Shown here one piece after another: positions 9,976 through 21,887 of a DNA stretch of 64,000 nt. The DNA comes from Candidatus Heimdallarchaeota archaeon. Its GTDB lineage: Archaea > Asgardarchaeota > Heimdallarchaeia > Heimdallarchaeales > Heimdallarchaeaceae. Where the stretch lies: NCBI GenBank assembly GCA_030603365.1, contig JAUVXV010000016.1, positions 1 through 64,000 on the forward strand, given 5' to 3'. How positions within the stretch are numbered: the stretch's first letter is position 1; each line of letters opens with the position of its first letter. The notes beneath the pieces were generated by a model. The model saw only the letters and a program-made list of their open reading frames with translations. It was not told where the DNA came from and did no database searches. The position numbers were made by a program, and so were the translations under genes.

Positions 9976-10031
9976 CCTCCAAAGAATACAGGAACCCCGA
10001 GACATCTTATCTACAGAAGAAAAAAGAGAAT
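9976..10031 (-). other. 3' arm of the 16S pre-rRNA processing stem
   Basis: Imperfectly complementary to 11691-11747 upstream of the 16S gene. Confidence 0.8.
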
Positions 10032-10066
10032 AAGGGTTGTGGGATCCCTGAGGGGATCCCAAACGT

Positions 10067-11577
<1,511 letters not shown>

Positions 11578-11690
11578 CCTTGTCTGATTATGGTACGATC
11601 TTTTATAGCTTAATTTAATAAATTGAACAGATTTGTTGCGCACATACACGTACTAGTGTTTTTTGTACTACACAAAACTTTTGTTCCTAA

Positions 11691-11747
11691 ATTCTCATAT
11701 TCTTCTGTAGCATCAGAACGTCTCGGAGTTCTTGTTTTCCTTGGAGG
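11691..11747 (-). other. 5' arm of the 16S pre-rRNA processing stem
   Basis: Imperfect inverted repeat of 9976-10031. Confidence 0.8.
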
Positions 11748-12057
11748 TGATTGTAAAATTCATACAGCACTTTGTTATGTTTTGCAAGGCTTTTTTAAGT
11801 TATCGTTCAAAGGCTTATTGTAGACAGCCAACCATAACGAAGTAGTAAGCTTGCAAATATGATTATTGCGTTTTCTCTTTTATTAATTGCGATTTAAGAG
11901 TTTTTTGCCTAAACAAAAAAAACTGCAATAAAACTGAAACAATCTGTGAAATCAAAGGAGCGGATTCTGTTAGACGAACCCGCTCAAAGACATGGCTTAA
12001 CATCCACTCATCAGACCGAAGTCTGACTTTTCGTGGCAATATACTAAGTTAGAGTTT

Positions 12058-12072
12058 ACTATAAATACTTTG
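12058..12072 (-). promoter_or_regulatory. Probable BRE/TATA promoter of the 16S transcript (AAAGTATTTATA)
   Basis: Archaeal TATA-like box ~25 nt upstream of a GC-rich structured leader beginning near 12037. Confidence 0.6.
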
Positions 12073-12373
12073 CTCTTTTGTCCATCTAAGTTTCCATTAA
12101 TCTAGACTTTTATGTCGGTAAGAGTGGCCATATCCTGATAAATTAATATTGAAAGTATTTGACAATTTTTTTCCTTTGAGATAATAGATGAAAATGAAAT
12201 AGCTATATTGAGAAATAGAGGGTGGTGATAAGGAAAGGATAGTATAACTTCTTTAAAAACGAGGGAATCCCTCTATTTCCTTCTTTTATTCACTAGTTAA
12301 TAAAATAAAATATTACTTGCCATTTGGCAGAAAATTTCCTTTACTTTCTTTTACTTTCATTTCGCTTAAAGTA

Positions 12374-12487
12374 TAACCTTTCCACGAGAGTTGAAATGAT
12401 ATGTATGACCCAGAACCAGGCGATGAAGATACTTTACCCCCACATTGGTTTCCTTAAAATTCAGAAACCAATTCATTTATTTTTTTG
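12374..12487 (+). repeat. 114-bp perfect inverted repeat, left arm
   Basis: Exact reverse complement of 14304-14417 by manual comparison. Confidence 0.95.
12401..12457 (+). CDS. Micro-peptide MYDPEPGDEDTLPPHWFP (18 aa), copy in the left IR
   Basis: Manual translation; same family motif as the cassette 1-3 peptides. Confidence 0.7.
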   Translation: MYDPEPGDEDTLPPHWFP

Positions 12488-12489
12488 TC

Positions 12490-14172
12490 TTATACCTCAT
12501 TTTCCAGATACTCTAATACTAACTTCTTTGATTGATTGTTATATATATCCAGAAAAGCAGTTTGTTTAAATCGCTCTGAAAAACTCTCTAAAGTTTTTGT
12601 TGATGTTATTAATTTTCTGTATAGTTTCACTTCTTCAGCCATTTTTCGAAAATTGTTTTTTGTACACCATCCCTCTAGTGAACTAAATTTACTTACTAGA
12701 TTTTGATCTTCTGGTTTTTCTAAATAACTTTGAAGAAGAACGAATAAATCAACCCACGGTTTTAAAACAGGGATCTCTGATTCAATTTTTATCTTTTTTA
12801 TCTTATCTACTATATTCTGAAATTCATCATATTTACCAATTGAAAGATAGATTTTTCCCAAAATGACATCAGCATATAATGGATTGTGTGTGAAATCTCG
12901 TATTATTTTGATGTTATCTATGGTTTTTTCTGTTGCAGAATATGTTTCTACAGAAGAGAGATGTTGATATAGACTGACATAGAGCTCAAGAGGATTTCTT
13001 GATTCAGTTCTTAATATGTCCCGCATTTGTTTTTCATCTAAAGATGTATCTAAAAGAAGGTTTTTTGATATATTAGATTTTTCTAGAAGAGATTTAACAT
13101 ATTGATGAATTTTCTGTAGTTTATTGTCTTGTATTCCTGAAATATTTAAATCAAGTTGAACAAAGATAAAGAGTAAGGTGTAGTAAGAATTAAACTGCAA
13201 CCGCTTGTAACCATACTCAAAATAATTCCGCTTAACATAATCCTCTTCCATAAATGATAATAATTCCATGATAAGATCGTATGATTGCTGAAAATTACCA
13301 ACATATGCATAACAACGACTTAGAAGACGTATAATCTCTGTATATTCATACATCATTGTTAATTTTGTTTTTCTTGAATTTGAGATTTTTTTGTGAGCTT
13401 CAGTCAATAGTTCTATCGCTTCTCTAGTTCTCATTCTGATCGTGTAAATTTGACCTGTAAATAAATATAATAAAATATAATGTGTATCTATAAGATTATT
13501 TTGAATTTGTTCTTCGTCAAAAACCCAATCTAAGATTCCCTTGATTTTTTCATCATCACCTAAGAAACTATAGATACGTAGGAGTTGAAAAATAGCAAAA
13601 ATCATTGCTTGAGAATTATAATTACTATACCAATACTGTATGCAATCTTCAGTATTTGAAATTGCATCAGGAAAATTATGGTTTTTTGTCCAACTAAATA
13701 GTGTGTAAACATACAAAATTCGATGATAGGTATCATCATATTGATTTTTATATGGAGTAATTAATTCAACTGCTTTACTCGCGAAATTAATTGCATCATC
13801 CATTCTCGAATGGAATTGATTTGTTAAGGATTTGGAGATGTTAATGAAAGCTTCTTGTTCTATTTTGTTATTTTTTTCATTTATTTTCTCCATTTGTATG
13901 ATGACTTCTTCTGCTTTTTTGGAGTACTCTGTATAGAAATATATTTGTTGAAAATAAAGGAGATATAGTCTAAATAACTTTTGACTATCGTTAACATTTT
14001 TTGTAGTTTCAATTAACATCTCTAATAATTTTACTAATTCTGATGATCTTTCATTTGCACATACGTATTCTAAATCAGTGAGAATTTCCTGAAGTTCTGA
14101 TATACTAGTAACTGGTTTTTGAATATCAAGAAGTTTCTTCTTCTTTCTTTGATACTCTACAATATCTAACAT
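12490..14172 (-). CDS. Cassette 4 alpha-helical/TPR-like protein (560 aa), distant homolog of cassette 1-3 proteins
   Basis: Collinear similarity: NDSQKLFRLY..QQI vs NDQKSLVKLY..TQI; LSRCYAYVGNFQQS vs LASTYALQGKLELA; NFRKM vs GFSRL. Confidence 0.75.
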   Translation of the reverse strand: MLDIVEYQRKKKKLLDIQKPVTSISELQEILTDLEYVCANERSSELVKLLEMLIETTKNVNDSQKLFRLYLLYFQQIYFYTEYSKKAEEVIIQMEKINEKNNKIEQEAFINISKSLTNQFHSRMDDAINFASKAVELITPYKNQYDDTYHRILYVYTLFSWTKNHNFPDAISNTEDCIQYWYSNYNSQAMIFAIFQLLRIYSFLGDDEKIKGILDWVFDEEQIQNNLIDTHYILLYLFTGQIYTIRMRTREAIELLTEAHKKISNSRKTKLTMMYEYTEIIRLLSRCYAYVGNFQQSYDLIMELLSFMEEDYVKRNYFEYGYKRLQFNSYYTLLFIFVQLDLNISGIQDNKLQKIHQYVKSLLEKSNISKNLLLDTSLDEKQMRDILRTESRNPLELYVSLYQHLSSVETYSATEKTIDNIKIIRDFTHNPLYADVILGKIYLSIGKYDEFQNIVDKIKKIKIESEIPVLKPWVDLFVLLQSYLEKPEDQNLVSKFSSLEGWCTKNNFRKMAEEVKLYRKLITSTKTLESFSERFKQTAFLDIYNNQSKKLVLEYLENEV

Positions 14173-14303
14173 GATTTACCCCTTTGTGCCTTTCCTCAAG
14201 CTAAACTGAATAACAATTTTACATTAATAAATATGTGAAATGACTATAAAATGTCTTTGTCTGGCTAGTATACTAAAATATAATCATATTGCAAAATAAA
14301 TTT

Positions 14304-14417
14304 CAAAAAAATAAATGAATTGGTTTCTGAATTTTAAGGAAACCAATGTGGGGGTAAAGTATCTTCATCGCCTGGTTCTGGGTCATACATATCATTTCAA
14401 CTCTCGTGGAAAGGTTA
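14304..14417 (-). repeat. 114-bp perfect inverted repeat, right arm
   Basis: Exact reverse complement of 12374-12487. Confidence 0.95.
14334..14390 (-). CDS. Cassette 4 micro-peptide MYDPEPGDEDTLPPHWFP (18 aa)
   Basis: Upstream of and co-oriented with the 560-aa gene, as in cassettes 1-3. Confidence 0.85.
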   Translation of the reverse strand: MYDPEPGDEDTLPPHWFP

Positions 14418-14586
14418 ATAGATTATATTCAGAAAACTTGATAACCCCCTTGGAAAGAATATGACAACACAATTTTTCTTGTTTTAGAAAACAGTTTATT
14501 CCTCTATTTTTTGGTGCTTATATACCTAGAACTAGTATCTCTTTTAGTGAATCACTGTCCCTATTAGTTCTTCTGAGGAGAGTTCT

Positions 14587-17433
14587 ATGGTAAAAAAGAA
14601 GAATCCTTCAAATAAATATAAATACAATTCAAAAAAGAGTAAGGAAAGTAAGAAAATTCGTATTTTCAAAAGGATTCTGCCATGGTTAATAGTTATTCTT
14701 GTGGGGTTAATTTCCTTCATTTTTCTGTTTCCTGAATTAATTAAACTCCTTCCATTTGAACCCTTAGTAGTAATAGCTGAATTCAGTGAGAACGTTTCCC
14801 TAGCTCTGAAAGGTTTCTTTGTAACAGTCTTTACAAACGTAGCTGCTTTATCATCTATTGTAGGTCTAGTTATTCTGTTAATTATAATCAAATTCTTGCC
14901 TTTCTATCCTGTAGATGATGTAAATTCTCAAACTCAGAAGAAACTGTTTTTGCCTTTTTACAGAAAAGTGGGTATTGTAATTGTATCCTCTTCAGTAACA
15001 AATTCCTCTAACAACTTCGATTCTGTGAATTCATATGCTAACAGGGTACACCAAGCTTTCATCAGCTGTCTATCAATGAGGAAGAGAGATAGGATGTTAG
15101 CTGTCTATAAGCATAATACAGGGGTTAGTTTATTCTTTCCAGTAGCAGTAAAAGGATGGCTCAAGAAAAAGGTAGAAGAAAAATTAGAAAGAGACATTGT
15201 ATTTGTTTCCAGTTCCATTGAAACACATTATGATTGTAGAATCAAGACTCTAACTGGAGAACAAGCACGAAGTATGGTCAAAACACTGAACCAAATGAAA
15301 GCAAAGAGCAAAATTGATTTTTCAAGAGAGCTGGTTACTAGTTTTAACCTAACGGATCAGATGTATAACATTCTCTTGAGAAATGAAATAAAAGATGCTT
15401 GTTTTATTATTAGGACAGAAAAAAAGAGAAAAGAATCAAAACAGGTTATTTTTGATTTACTACTTTTAGCTGAAGACAAGAAAACCGAATCTTTTATTCT
15501 AAACGCCAGTGGCTTAGCTAAGAAAAAAAGAAAAATTATCCCTTCTAATAAATCTTTCAATAAGTTAATGTTCTCTCCTGTTAGGAATAAACAGTCAGTA
15601 GAAATAGAAAACATTGCTACTCTAGTTCATGTTCCTCACACATATAGAGGAGGATTCTTACCAGTGAGAACAAAAGAAATAAGCTCAGAGTTAGCTAATT
15701 TTGTTCAAGATAAAGAAACCATTATTGTTGGTAGAGTTGTTGATGAGAATGATATGGGACGAGAGATTACTCTAAATGTTAAAGACTTACTACTCAATGC
15801 AGAGATTTTTGGTCAAATTGGGCGTGGAAAGACAAAGATTGTTTCCTCTATTGTTGGACAACTATTAGATAAAAAAATCAGTACTTTGGTATTCGATATC
15901 AAAGGAGAGTATGCTAGAACCTTTTTTGATAATCCAAAAGTAGAGGTTTTTACAATAGGGAGACCTCATCCTTTGTGTATTAATATATTTGAAACTGTGG
16001 ATGAAGATGATATTCATAACACACTCCTGATAATCGAGGAGATGTTATTGTCTTCAAATCAGGAATTTACACCTGCAATGAAGAATCTATTTGAGAGTGC
16101 TCTAATTTTAACACACAAATCACCTAAAAGAAACCTCCAAGTTTTTGTTGAAAATATCTTCAAAGTGTCAAAACAGCTACAAGTTCATTCAAACATTACC
16201 TACCTACAACAAACAATTGATGCGGTCTTAAACCGATTGAACTTCATTTTTAATCCTATTAACTTTGAGATTTTAGGGTCTACAAGGACAACCTTAGATT
16301 TCTCGCTTCTAGAGGGAGGCAAAAGCATAATTTTGGATATGAGTCAATTTCAGAGAAGGGCAGCAAGACCTTCTGATATCTTCTTAGTCTGTAATCTTAT
16401 TCTGAAAATGCTTTACAGATATGCTTCCTCAAAGGAAATGACAAATAAATTGAGATATGTTGTTGTTCTTGAAGAAGCAATAAATATAATTCCCAATTTC
16501 TATCACTCTGAAAGCTCTGCTTCGTTGATTACTGCAGAAAATAACTTTTTACTAGGAAGAAGTCTTGGAATTGGTCATATAACAATTTCACAGATGTGGC
16601 AAAGTGTTAGTAATATTGTCCACGGTAATTCTGCAACTAAATTCATCTTCCGTTCAAGTGAAAAAACCGATTTAATAGCTAAGTCTTTGAATCTGGATGA
16701 AAATGAAACAGCAAAAATTCAGAGTCTTCCTACTCAACATTGCTTTCTGTTTTCAGAGAATTCAGAATCAGCAATTCGAATAAGAACTCTTGACTTAATT
16801 AATGATCCAATTAGTTATGCAGAATACCAGGCAAAAATGCTCAAGAAATATGGTAGAAGTGTCTTTCCATTATTGTATAACAATTTCATAGATATGAGAA
16901 CTTCAATCTATCAACAGAGTAATCAAAATAGAACTGCAAAGACATCCAAGAGTGTAGTAACTAAAACCCCTGTCTATCCTCAAGAAAATCTTGATCAATT
17001 TCTTGAAAAAGAAGAGTCAGAAGTCAAAGCGATTCAAAAATCTAAAATCATTATTGAGCAAGATACATTAGATCTTATAACTTCGGCAGGAATGCTTCCT
17101 GAAAATCTAATCTGTGAACGTTTATGCCCAGAAAAAAGTAGTAATAAAGCCTGTTTGAAATACAATATGGCTGCTAAGATTATTAAATCAACAATAATAA
17201 ATGAGTGTTCTACCAAGGAGATATCAATCTTATTGAATGATGAAACAGAATTACAATCTTTAGTTTCTGCAGTAGCTATTAAGAGAAATCTAGAATATGA
17301 TGATTTTCTTGTTTTTTGTACTGTTAAGGTTCTGGTTCTTGATTATGCTTCAGATAGCATTCTCACACCCAACGAAGCCTATACCATTCTTACCAGATTT
17401 TCACCTAGATTACGAAATACTATTAATTCTTGA
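14587..17433 (+). CDS. Membrane-anchored HerA/FtsK-like (DUF87-type) ATPase
   Basis: Two N-terminal TM segments; Walker A GQIGRGKT; VFDIKGEY; Walker B VVVLEEA; GRSLGIG motif. Confidence 0.8.
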   Translation: MVKKKNPSNKYKYNSKKSKESKKIRIFKRILPWLIVILVGLISFIFLFPELIKLLPFEPLVVIAEFSENVSLALKGFFVTVFTNVAALSSIVGLVILLIIIKFLPFYPVDDVNSQTQKKLFLPFYRKVGIVIVSSSVTNSSNNFDSVNSYANRVHQAFISCLSMRKRDRMLAVYKHNTGVSLFFPVAVKGWLKKKVEEKLERDIVFVSSSIETHYDCRIKTLTGEQARSMVKTLNQMKAKSKIDFSRELVTSFNLTDQMYNILLRNEIKDACFIIRTEKKRKESKQVIFDLLLLAEDKKTESFILNASGLAKKKRKIIPSNKSFNKLMFSPVRNKQSVEIENIATLVHVPHTYRGGFLPVRTKEISSELANFVQDKETIIVGRVVDENDMGREITLNVKDLLLNAEIFGQIGRGKTKIVSSIVGQLLDKKISTLVFDIKGEYARTFFDNPKVEVFTIGRPHPLCINIFETVDEDDIHNTLLIIEEMLLSSNQEFTPAMKNLFESALILTHKSPKRNLQVFVENIFKVSKQLQVHSNITYLQQTIDAVLNRLNFIFNPINFEILGSTRTTLDFSLLEGGKSIILDMSQFQRRAARPSDIFLVCNLILKMLYRYASSKEMTNKLRYVVVLEEAINIIPNFYHSESSASLITAENNFLLGRSLGIGHITISQMWQSVSNIVHGNSATKFIFRSSEKTDLIAKSLNLDENETAKIQSLPTQHCFLFSENSESAIRIRTLDLINDPISYAEYQAKMLKKYGRSVFPLLYNNFIDMRTSIYQQSNQNRTAKTSKSVVTKTPVYPQENLDQFLEKEESEVKAIQKSKIIIEQDTLDLITSAGMLPENLICERLCPEKSSNKACLKYNMAAKIIKSTIINECSTKEISILLNDETELQSLVSAVAIKRNLEYDDFLVFCTVKVLVLDYASDSILTPNEAYTILTRFSPRLRNTINS

Positions 17434-17554
17434 AAATATATTGTATATTCTCTGTTTTGATAAGATTTAAAAACCAACATCCTTTGTTGTATTTTAGTTC
17501 TGACCACGCTGACCGTTGGTCGTAGTTTCAACGGAAGTGGTAGAGGCTGATATT

Positions 17555-18193
17555 ATGGTAGAACAAGAACTTAAGAGTGCAATTGAGAAGATGAAAGAAG
17601 ATTCTCCTTCTCGTAAATTCGTTGAATCAATTGATCTTGCTATCAATCTAAGAGACATAAATCTTCAGGATCCCTCAAAGAGGTTTCAAATGGAAGTAAA
17701 TCTTCCTCATCCTCTGGGAAAGGAAATAAAGATATGTGTTTTAGCAGAAGGTGCTCATCTAGTAGAGGCAGCATCAATAGCTTCTAGAGTGATAAGTAAA
17801 GAAGAATTGGACAACATAAGTAGAGAACCTAAGTTAGCTAAGAAACTAGCACAGGAATATGACTACTTTGTTGCAACAGCATCTCTGATGCCAACGATTG
17901 GTCGTAGTTTAGGTAAAGTCTTGGGACCAAGAGGAAAAATGCCTAAACCGGTACCGCCCACTGCACCTATTGAGCCATTGGTTAAAAACTATCAATCTGT
18001 CGTACAAATAAGACTTAGGCAAGCTCCTGTTATTCATACTAGGATTGGAACTATTGCTATGAATAATGATGCTATCAATGAGAACGCTTTGGCTGTTATT
18101 CGAAATGTAGAGAATAGGCTTGAAAAAGGCGTAAACAATATCCGATCGATTTATATTAAAACAACAATGGGTCCCGCAGTAAAAGTCAAGTAG
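17555..18193 (+). CDS. rpl1: 50S ribosomal protein uL1
   Basis: RKFVESIDLAINL, LGPRGKMPKP, KTTMGPAV; ATG start chosen at 17555. Confidence 0.97.
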   Translation: MVEQELKSAIEKMKEDSPSRKFVESIDLAINLRDINLQDPSKRFQMEVNLPHPLGKEIKICVLAEGAHLVEAASIASRVISKEELDNISREPKLAKKLAQEYDYFVATASLMPTIGRSLGKVLGPRGKMPKPVPPTAPIEPLVKNYQSVVQIRLRQAPVIHTRIGTIAMNNDAINENALAVIRNVENRLEKGVNNIRSIYIKTTMGPAVKVK

Positions 18194-18201
18194 GTGGATA
18201 A

Positions 18202-19212
18202 ATGTCAACTGTTAAAGTTACAGAAAAGAAAAAACAAATTGTTAAAAACTTAATAGATGATTTATCATCCTTCCCTATTATTGGTTTAGTCAAAATTGAT
18301 AATATCGATGCTAGCGTTGTACAACAAATGCGCAGAGATATGAGAAAAGAAGCAAAAATAGTCATGGCTAAAAACAGTTTGATGAAGATAGCAATTTCTG
18401 AATTAAAAAAGAAAATAAAGGGAATTGATAAGTTATCTGACTATATAGTGGGTTCTTGTGCCTTTCTACTTACTCAAACAAATCCTTACAAGTTAGCAAC
18501 TTTTATGGATGAAAATAAAGTCCCTGCACCAGCAAAAGCTGGTCAATTCGCTCCTAACGATGTTATAATTCCACCAATGAATACAGGTATCCCTCCTGGA
18601 CCTGTGATTGCTGAATTACAATCTTTGGGATTAAAAACTAGAATTGAAGGCGGACAAATTCGTATAGTAGAGGCATCAGTTGTAACACAAGAAGGAGAAC
18701 GAGTTAACAGAACGGTTGCTCTTCTATTAAGAAGATTGAACATCAATCCTTTTCAAGCTGGATTGAAATTTGTAGTTGCTTTTGAAGATGGTGAAATTAT
18801 ACCTGGCGATGCATTAGTCCTTGACTACGAGTATTATAGACAAAACATACTCTGGGCATACCAATCTGCAATGAATCTAGCAGTAAATACTGGTTTTATT
18901 ACAAAACAGAGTTTATCGGTGATTCTGACAAACGCTAATCAATTTGCTTTAAATCTTTCAATTAATACAGGATTTATAACCGAGAAATCATTTTCCCTAA
19001 TACTTTCAAAAGCAGTTCAAGGATCACTTTCTGTTGCTGGTGCAATAGCAAATGTAGATCCCAGTGCATTATCTGATAAAGCTCAAGCAAAGTTTTCAGA
19101 AGTTAAGAAAGCACAACCTAAAGCTTCTGTTATAGAAGACAAACCTGAAGAACCTGAAAAAGAGGAAGAAGAACCCGAGGAAGATCTGGGATTAGGATCA
19201 TTATTTGGATAA
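18202..19212 (+). CDS. rplP0: Acidic ribosomal protein P0 (uL10)
   Basis: PAPAKAG, NTGIPPGP, acidic tail ending LGLGSLFG. Confidence 0.97.
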   Translation: MSTVKVTEKKKQIVKNLIDDLSSFPIIGLVKIDNIDASVVQQMRRDMRKEAKIVMAKNSLMKIAISELKKKIKGIDKLSDYIVGSCAFLLTQTNPYKLATFMDENKVPAPAKAGQFAPNDVIIPPMNTGIPPGPVIAELQSLGLKTRIEGGQIRIVEASVVTQEGERVNRTVALLLRRLNINPFQAGLKFVVAFEDGEIIPGDALVLDYEYYRQNILWAYQSAMNLAVNTGFITKQSLSVILTNANQFALNLSINTGFITEKSFSLILSKAVQGSLSVAGAIANVDPSALSDKAQAKFSEVKKAQPKASVIEDKPEEPEKEEEEPEEDLGLGSLFG

Positions 19213-19222
19213 GGTGAAAAAT

Positions 19223-19525
19223 ATGGAATATGTATATGCAGCATTAGTACTTCATGAATTAAAACAAAAAGTTACTCAAGCAAAAGTAAAAGGAATACTT
19301 GAGGCTGCTGGCGCAACAGTAGACGATTCTCGTATCAAGGCTTTAGTAGCAGCTTTGAAAGAAGTTGATATAGAAGAAGCTTTGAAAACTACTGTTATGG
19401 CAGCTGCTCCAGTCGCAGCTCCTTCTGGAGGAGCAGACAAAGCAGCACCAGCAGAAGCTAAAGAAGAAAAGGAAGAAGAACCTGAAGAAGATACCGATTT
19501 GGGTCTAAGCGCTCTATTCGGATAA
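19223..19525 (+). CDS. rpl12: Ribosomal stalk protein P1/aL12
   Basis: MEYVYAALVLH N-terminus, Ala-rich hinge, acidic tail GLSALFG. Confidence 0.97.
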   Translation: MEYVYAALVLHELKQKVTQAKVKGILEAAGATVDDSRIKALVAALKEVDIEEALKTTVMAAAPVAAPSGGADKAAPAEAKEEKEEEPEEDTDLGLSALFG

Positions 19526-19568
19526 TCAATCTTTTTTTCCTTTCTTATTTTATTTTTTATTTATTTTC

Positions 19569-19886
19569 TTATTTCTTTTTTAAAAAAACATTGAAAGCAT
19601 CTACAATATTGTCACATTTGTCTAGTGCATGGTATATCTCTAGATGTGAGAATTCTGTTTCTTGAGCAACACTGGAACCAAGAGATGCAGTTCTAGTTCT
19701 TCGAATATCTCCTCTTCCATCTATAGAGATTATTAGAGTATGATCATCAGCATGCATCAGCACAAAATTAAACAGCTGACTGTCTCTTAATTCTACTAGT
19801 TGTTTTTTTTCTATTTTGCACTCAAGCATTTTTCCACAAAAATCACAACTTAAGGTTTTGTGGATGTATTGATTATTATTTACCAT
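19569..19886 (-). CDS. Small putative metal-binding protein (CxxC ... H-x3-H)
   Basis: CDFC and HADDH; last gene of a five-gene minus-strand operon. Confidence 0.65.
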   Translation of the reverse strand: MVNNNQYIHKTLSCDFCGKMLECKIEKKQLVELRDSQLFNFVLMHADDHTLIISIDGRGDIRRTRTASLGSSVAQETEFSHLEIYHALDKCDNIVDAFNVFLKKK

Positions 19887-19910
19887 TTTTTTGCACCATA
19901 TTCATATATT

Positions 19911-20516
19911 CTAGAAACTTGGGTACTTTGATATTAATTCGTCTGCTAAGTTCTCTTCTTTGTTTAGAATTTGATTAACAATATATTCAAAAGGTTCTGA
20001 GACATTACCTGATAACAGGCCGCTCACAAGAAAGTGTTTTTTGATATTGTAATTTTTCATGAAATCATGAATGTCTTCTATGGCTACTTCAATTTCTTCT
20101 AGGTCAAGTTTGTTTCCTACTAATACTTCAGGTACCTTTGGGTAAAAATGATTTACTAAATAATTTCTTGTTAAATCTACAAATTCATTCAGATAAGCTA
20201 ATGTTTCAATATCTGTTATATCGTATACATACATTACCCCTTTAACACCACGTAAGAAAACATCAATCATAAATCTGAATTGCTTTTGACCTGCAAAATC
20301 CCAGATTTGTAAAGTAACAGTTTTGCCTTGATATATAATTCGTTTTACTGTTATATCTACACCTTTTGTCATGGAAATTTGGTCAAGATCAGTTATTTCA
20401 CCTGAATAGCTTTTTGAAATCGTAGTTTTTCCTACAGAACCTAAACCTAATACCGCAATTTTCAATATGCTTTCATTCTTTGTATTGTGAGGGTGTGTTG
20501 CATTCATCATAATCAT
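19911..20516 (-). CDS. Ras/Rab-like small GTPase
   Basis: GLGSVGKT (G1), TKGVD (G2), WDFAGQ (G3), NKLD (G4). Confidence 0.92.
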   Translation of the reverse strand: MIMMNATHPHNTKNESILKIAVLGLGSVGKTTISKSYSGEITDLDQISMTKGVDITVKRIIYQGKTVTLQIWDFAGQKQFRFMIDVFLRGVKGVMYVYDITDIETLAYLNEFVDLTRNYLVNHFYPKVPEVLVGNKLDLEEIEVAIEDIHDFMKNYNIKKHFLVSGLLSGNVSEPFEYIVNQILNKEENLADELISKYPSF

Positions 20517-20531
20517 ATCCTAAAAATAGAT

Positions 20532-21878
20532 TTAAAACACCACATTTTTTTGTGGTGAGTGACCATATCCTGCTACTAATCCATGTACAGAAACAGCAGC
20601 GTAGATTGGTTTGTGATTTATTATCGAAAATTCTCCTCCAGAATATAATGTCATAAAAGGTACATCTGCTCCTAAAGCTTCCTCAATCATTTTATTCTCT
20701 TCTTCTGTTTTGTCTCCTGCTATTAACAATCTATTACTGCAATTTATGAAAAGACCAAAAGCAGGATTATTGATTCCTTGAGAAGCTGCTTTGGCACATT
20801 GATAGGCAGATTTCTGAACCCCAATACCCGATTGGGTGCAAAATTCTGCTATTCTGTTGCTTTCATCTAGGATTTCTTCAGGTATTGTGGATATTACTCC
20901 TTCTAAGATTGGGTGACATACTGAAACAAAAGGTAAATTCCCTTGATCTTCTGACATAAGTGTGGATAAATACAATAATGAAGCATATGCAACTCCTTTG
21001 AATGCCTCTTCATAAAGGTCTTTAGGAATATCTATTATATTTAGGAATTCTTCTTGTGCAGGCTTATTGTTTATTGTATGAACATAACTGCTACTTTTAA
21101 GTCCCTTAGAAATCTCAAATGTTTTAGATCTTTGTGATTTATCAAATGTCCAGCTGTGACCAAAATCTAATTTGTCCGAAGAAAAAGTGGTTCCCACCAT
21201 TGCATTTTGGAAGACATTTTCGCCTTGAAATTGATAACATGAGAGCATATCCAAATCTATAGTTGCTCCTCCCAGAGTGTTACTTACACCATTTTCTAAC
21301 AACTTCTTAAGAATCTTATAAGCGAAAGATGTTACTCCATAACCGTTTTTTCCCATGTTTCTGTTGATTAATTTTCCAACTAGGTTAAACATCCCTCGAA
21401 ATTTATGTGCGAATATAGAATCAAGCATTTTCATATCATTAAACGCATCTGGGGGGAAATTAGGTCCAGGTGTTAGAAAGAAACCAGTTTTGTTTTTTTT
21501 CTTATCTTCTTTGAATAATTTAACTAATTTTTCTGCACCTTTAATTGGATTCAATCGTACATTTGAATATGAAACAGGGGGTTGAAAACTCAATTCTGAA
21601 GATTTAAATGCCATTAATGAACAACCTTGAGTTGTAGGTATGTCATTTGATGTAGCAACTGCAGGGAATGTGCCCCCAATGATATTTTGTGTGCCACTTT
21701 CTTCACATATTTTTGCTATTGCTTTTTCATATTCCTCTTTTTCACGATAATTTGGTGTATAAGCAACAATCATAAAATCAGGTGTACCATTAATATCTCC
21801 AATAACATCATTAATGATCTGTTTAGTTGCAGCATGAATAGATCTGTGACTTGTTGTTCCAGTTGTTGCTATTTGCAT
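20532..21878 (-). CDS. FIST-domain sensory protein
   Basis: N-terminal FIST-like pattern (PDFMIVAYT..IIGG) and C-terminal CSNR..E...LYSGGE motif. Confidence 0.75.
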   Translation of the reverse strand: MQIATTGTTSHRSIHAATKQIINDVIGDINGTPDFMIVAYTPNYREKEEYEKAIAKICEESGTQNIIGGTFPAVATSNDIPTTQGCSLMAFKSSELSFQPPVSYSNVRLNPIKGAEKLVKLFKEDKKKNKTGFFLTPGPNFPPDAFNDMKMLDSIFAHKFRGMFNLVGKLINRNMGKNGYGVTSFAYKILKKLLENGVSNTLGGATIDLDMLSCYQFQGENVFQNAMVGTTFSSDKLDFGHSWTFDKSQRSKTFEISKGLKSSSYVHTINNKPAQEEFLNIIDIPKDLYEEAFKGVAYASLLYLSTLMSEDQGNLPFVSVCHPILEGVISTIPEEILDESNRIAEFCTQSGIGVQKSAYQCAKAASQGINNPAFGLFINCSNRLLIAGDKTEEENKMIEEALGADVPFMTLYSGGEFSIINHKPIYAAVSVHGLVAGYGHSPQKNVVF

Positions 21879-21887
21879 AAAAATTCC

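Noticed and set aside
12004-12036. Hammerhead-like words (CCAC-GAAA ... CTGATGA-GTGG) on the minus strand
   Set aside because: Stem III is essentially absent and stem I cannot form properly; a simple UUCG hairpin explains the sequence better.
12374-14417. IS/transposon interpretation of the IR-flanked gene
   Set aside because: The enclosed protein has no DDE/HUH/recombinase motif, no target-site duplication is evident, and the IRs are peptide genes.
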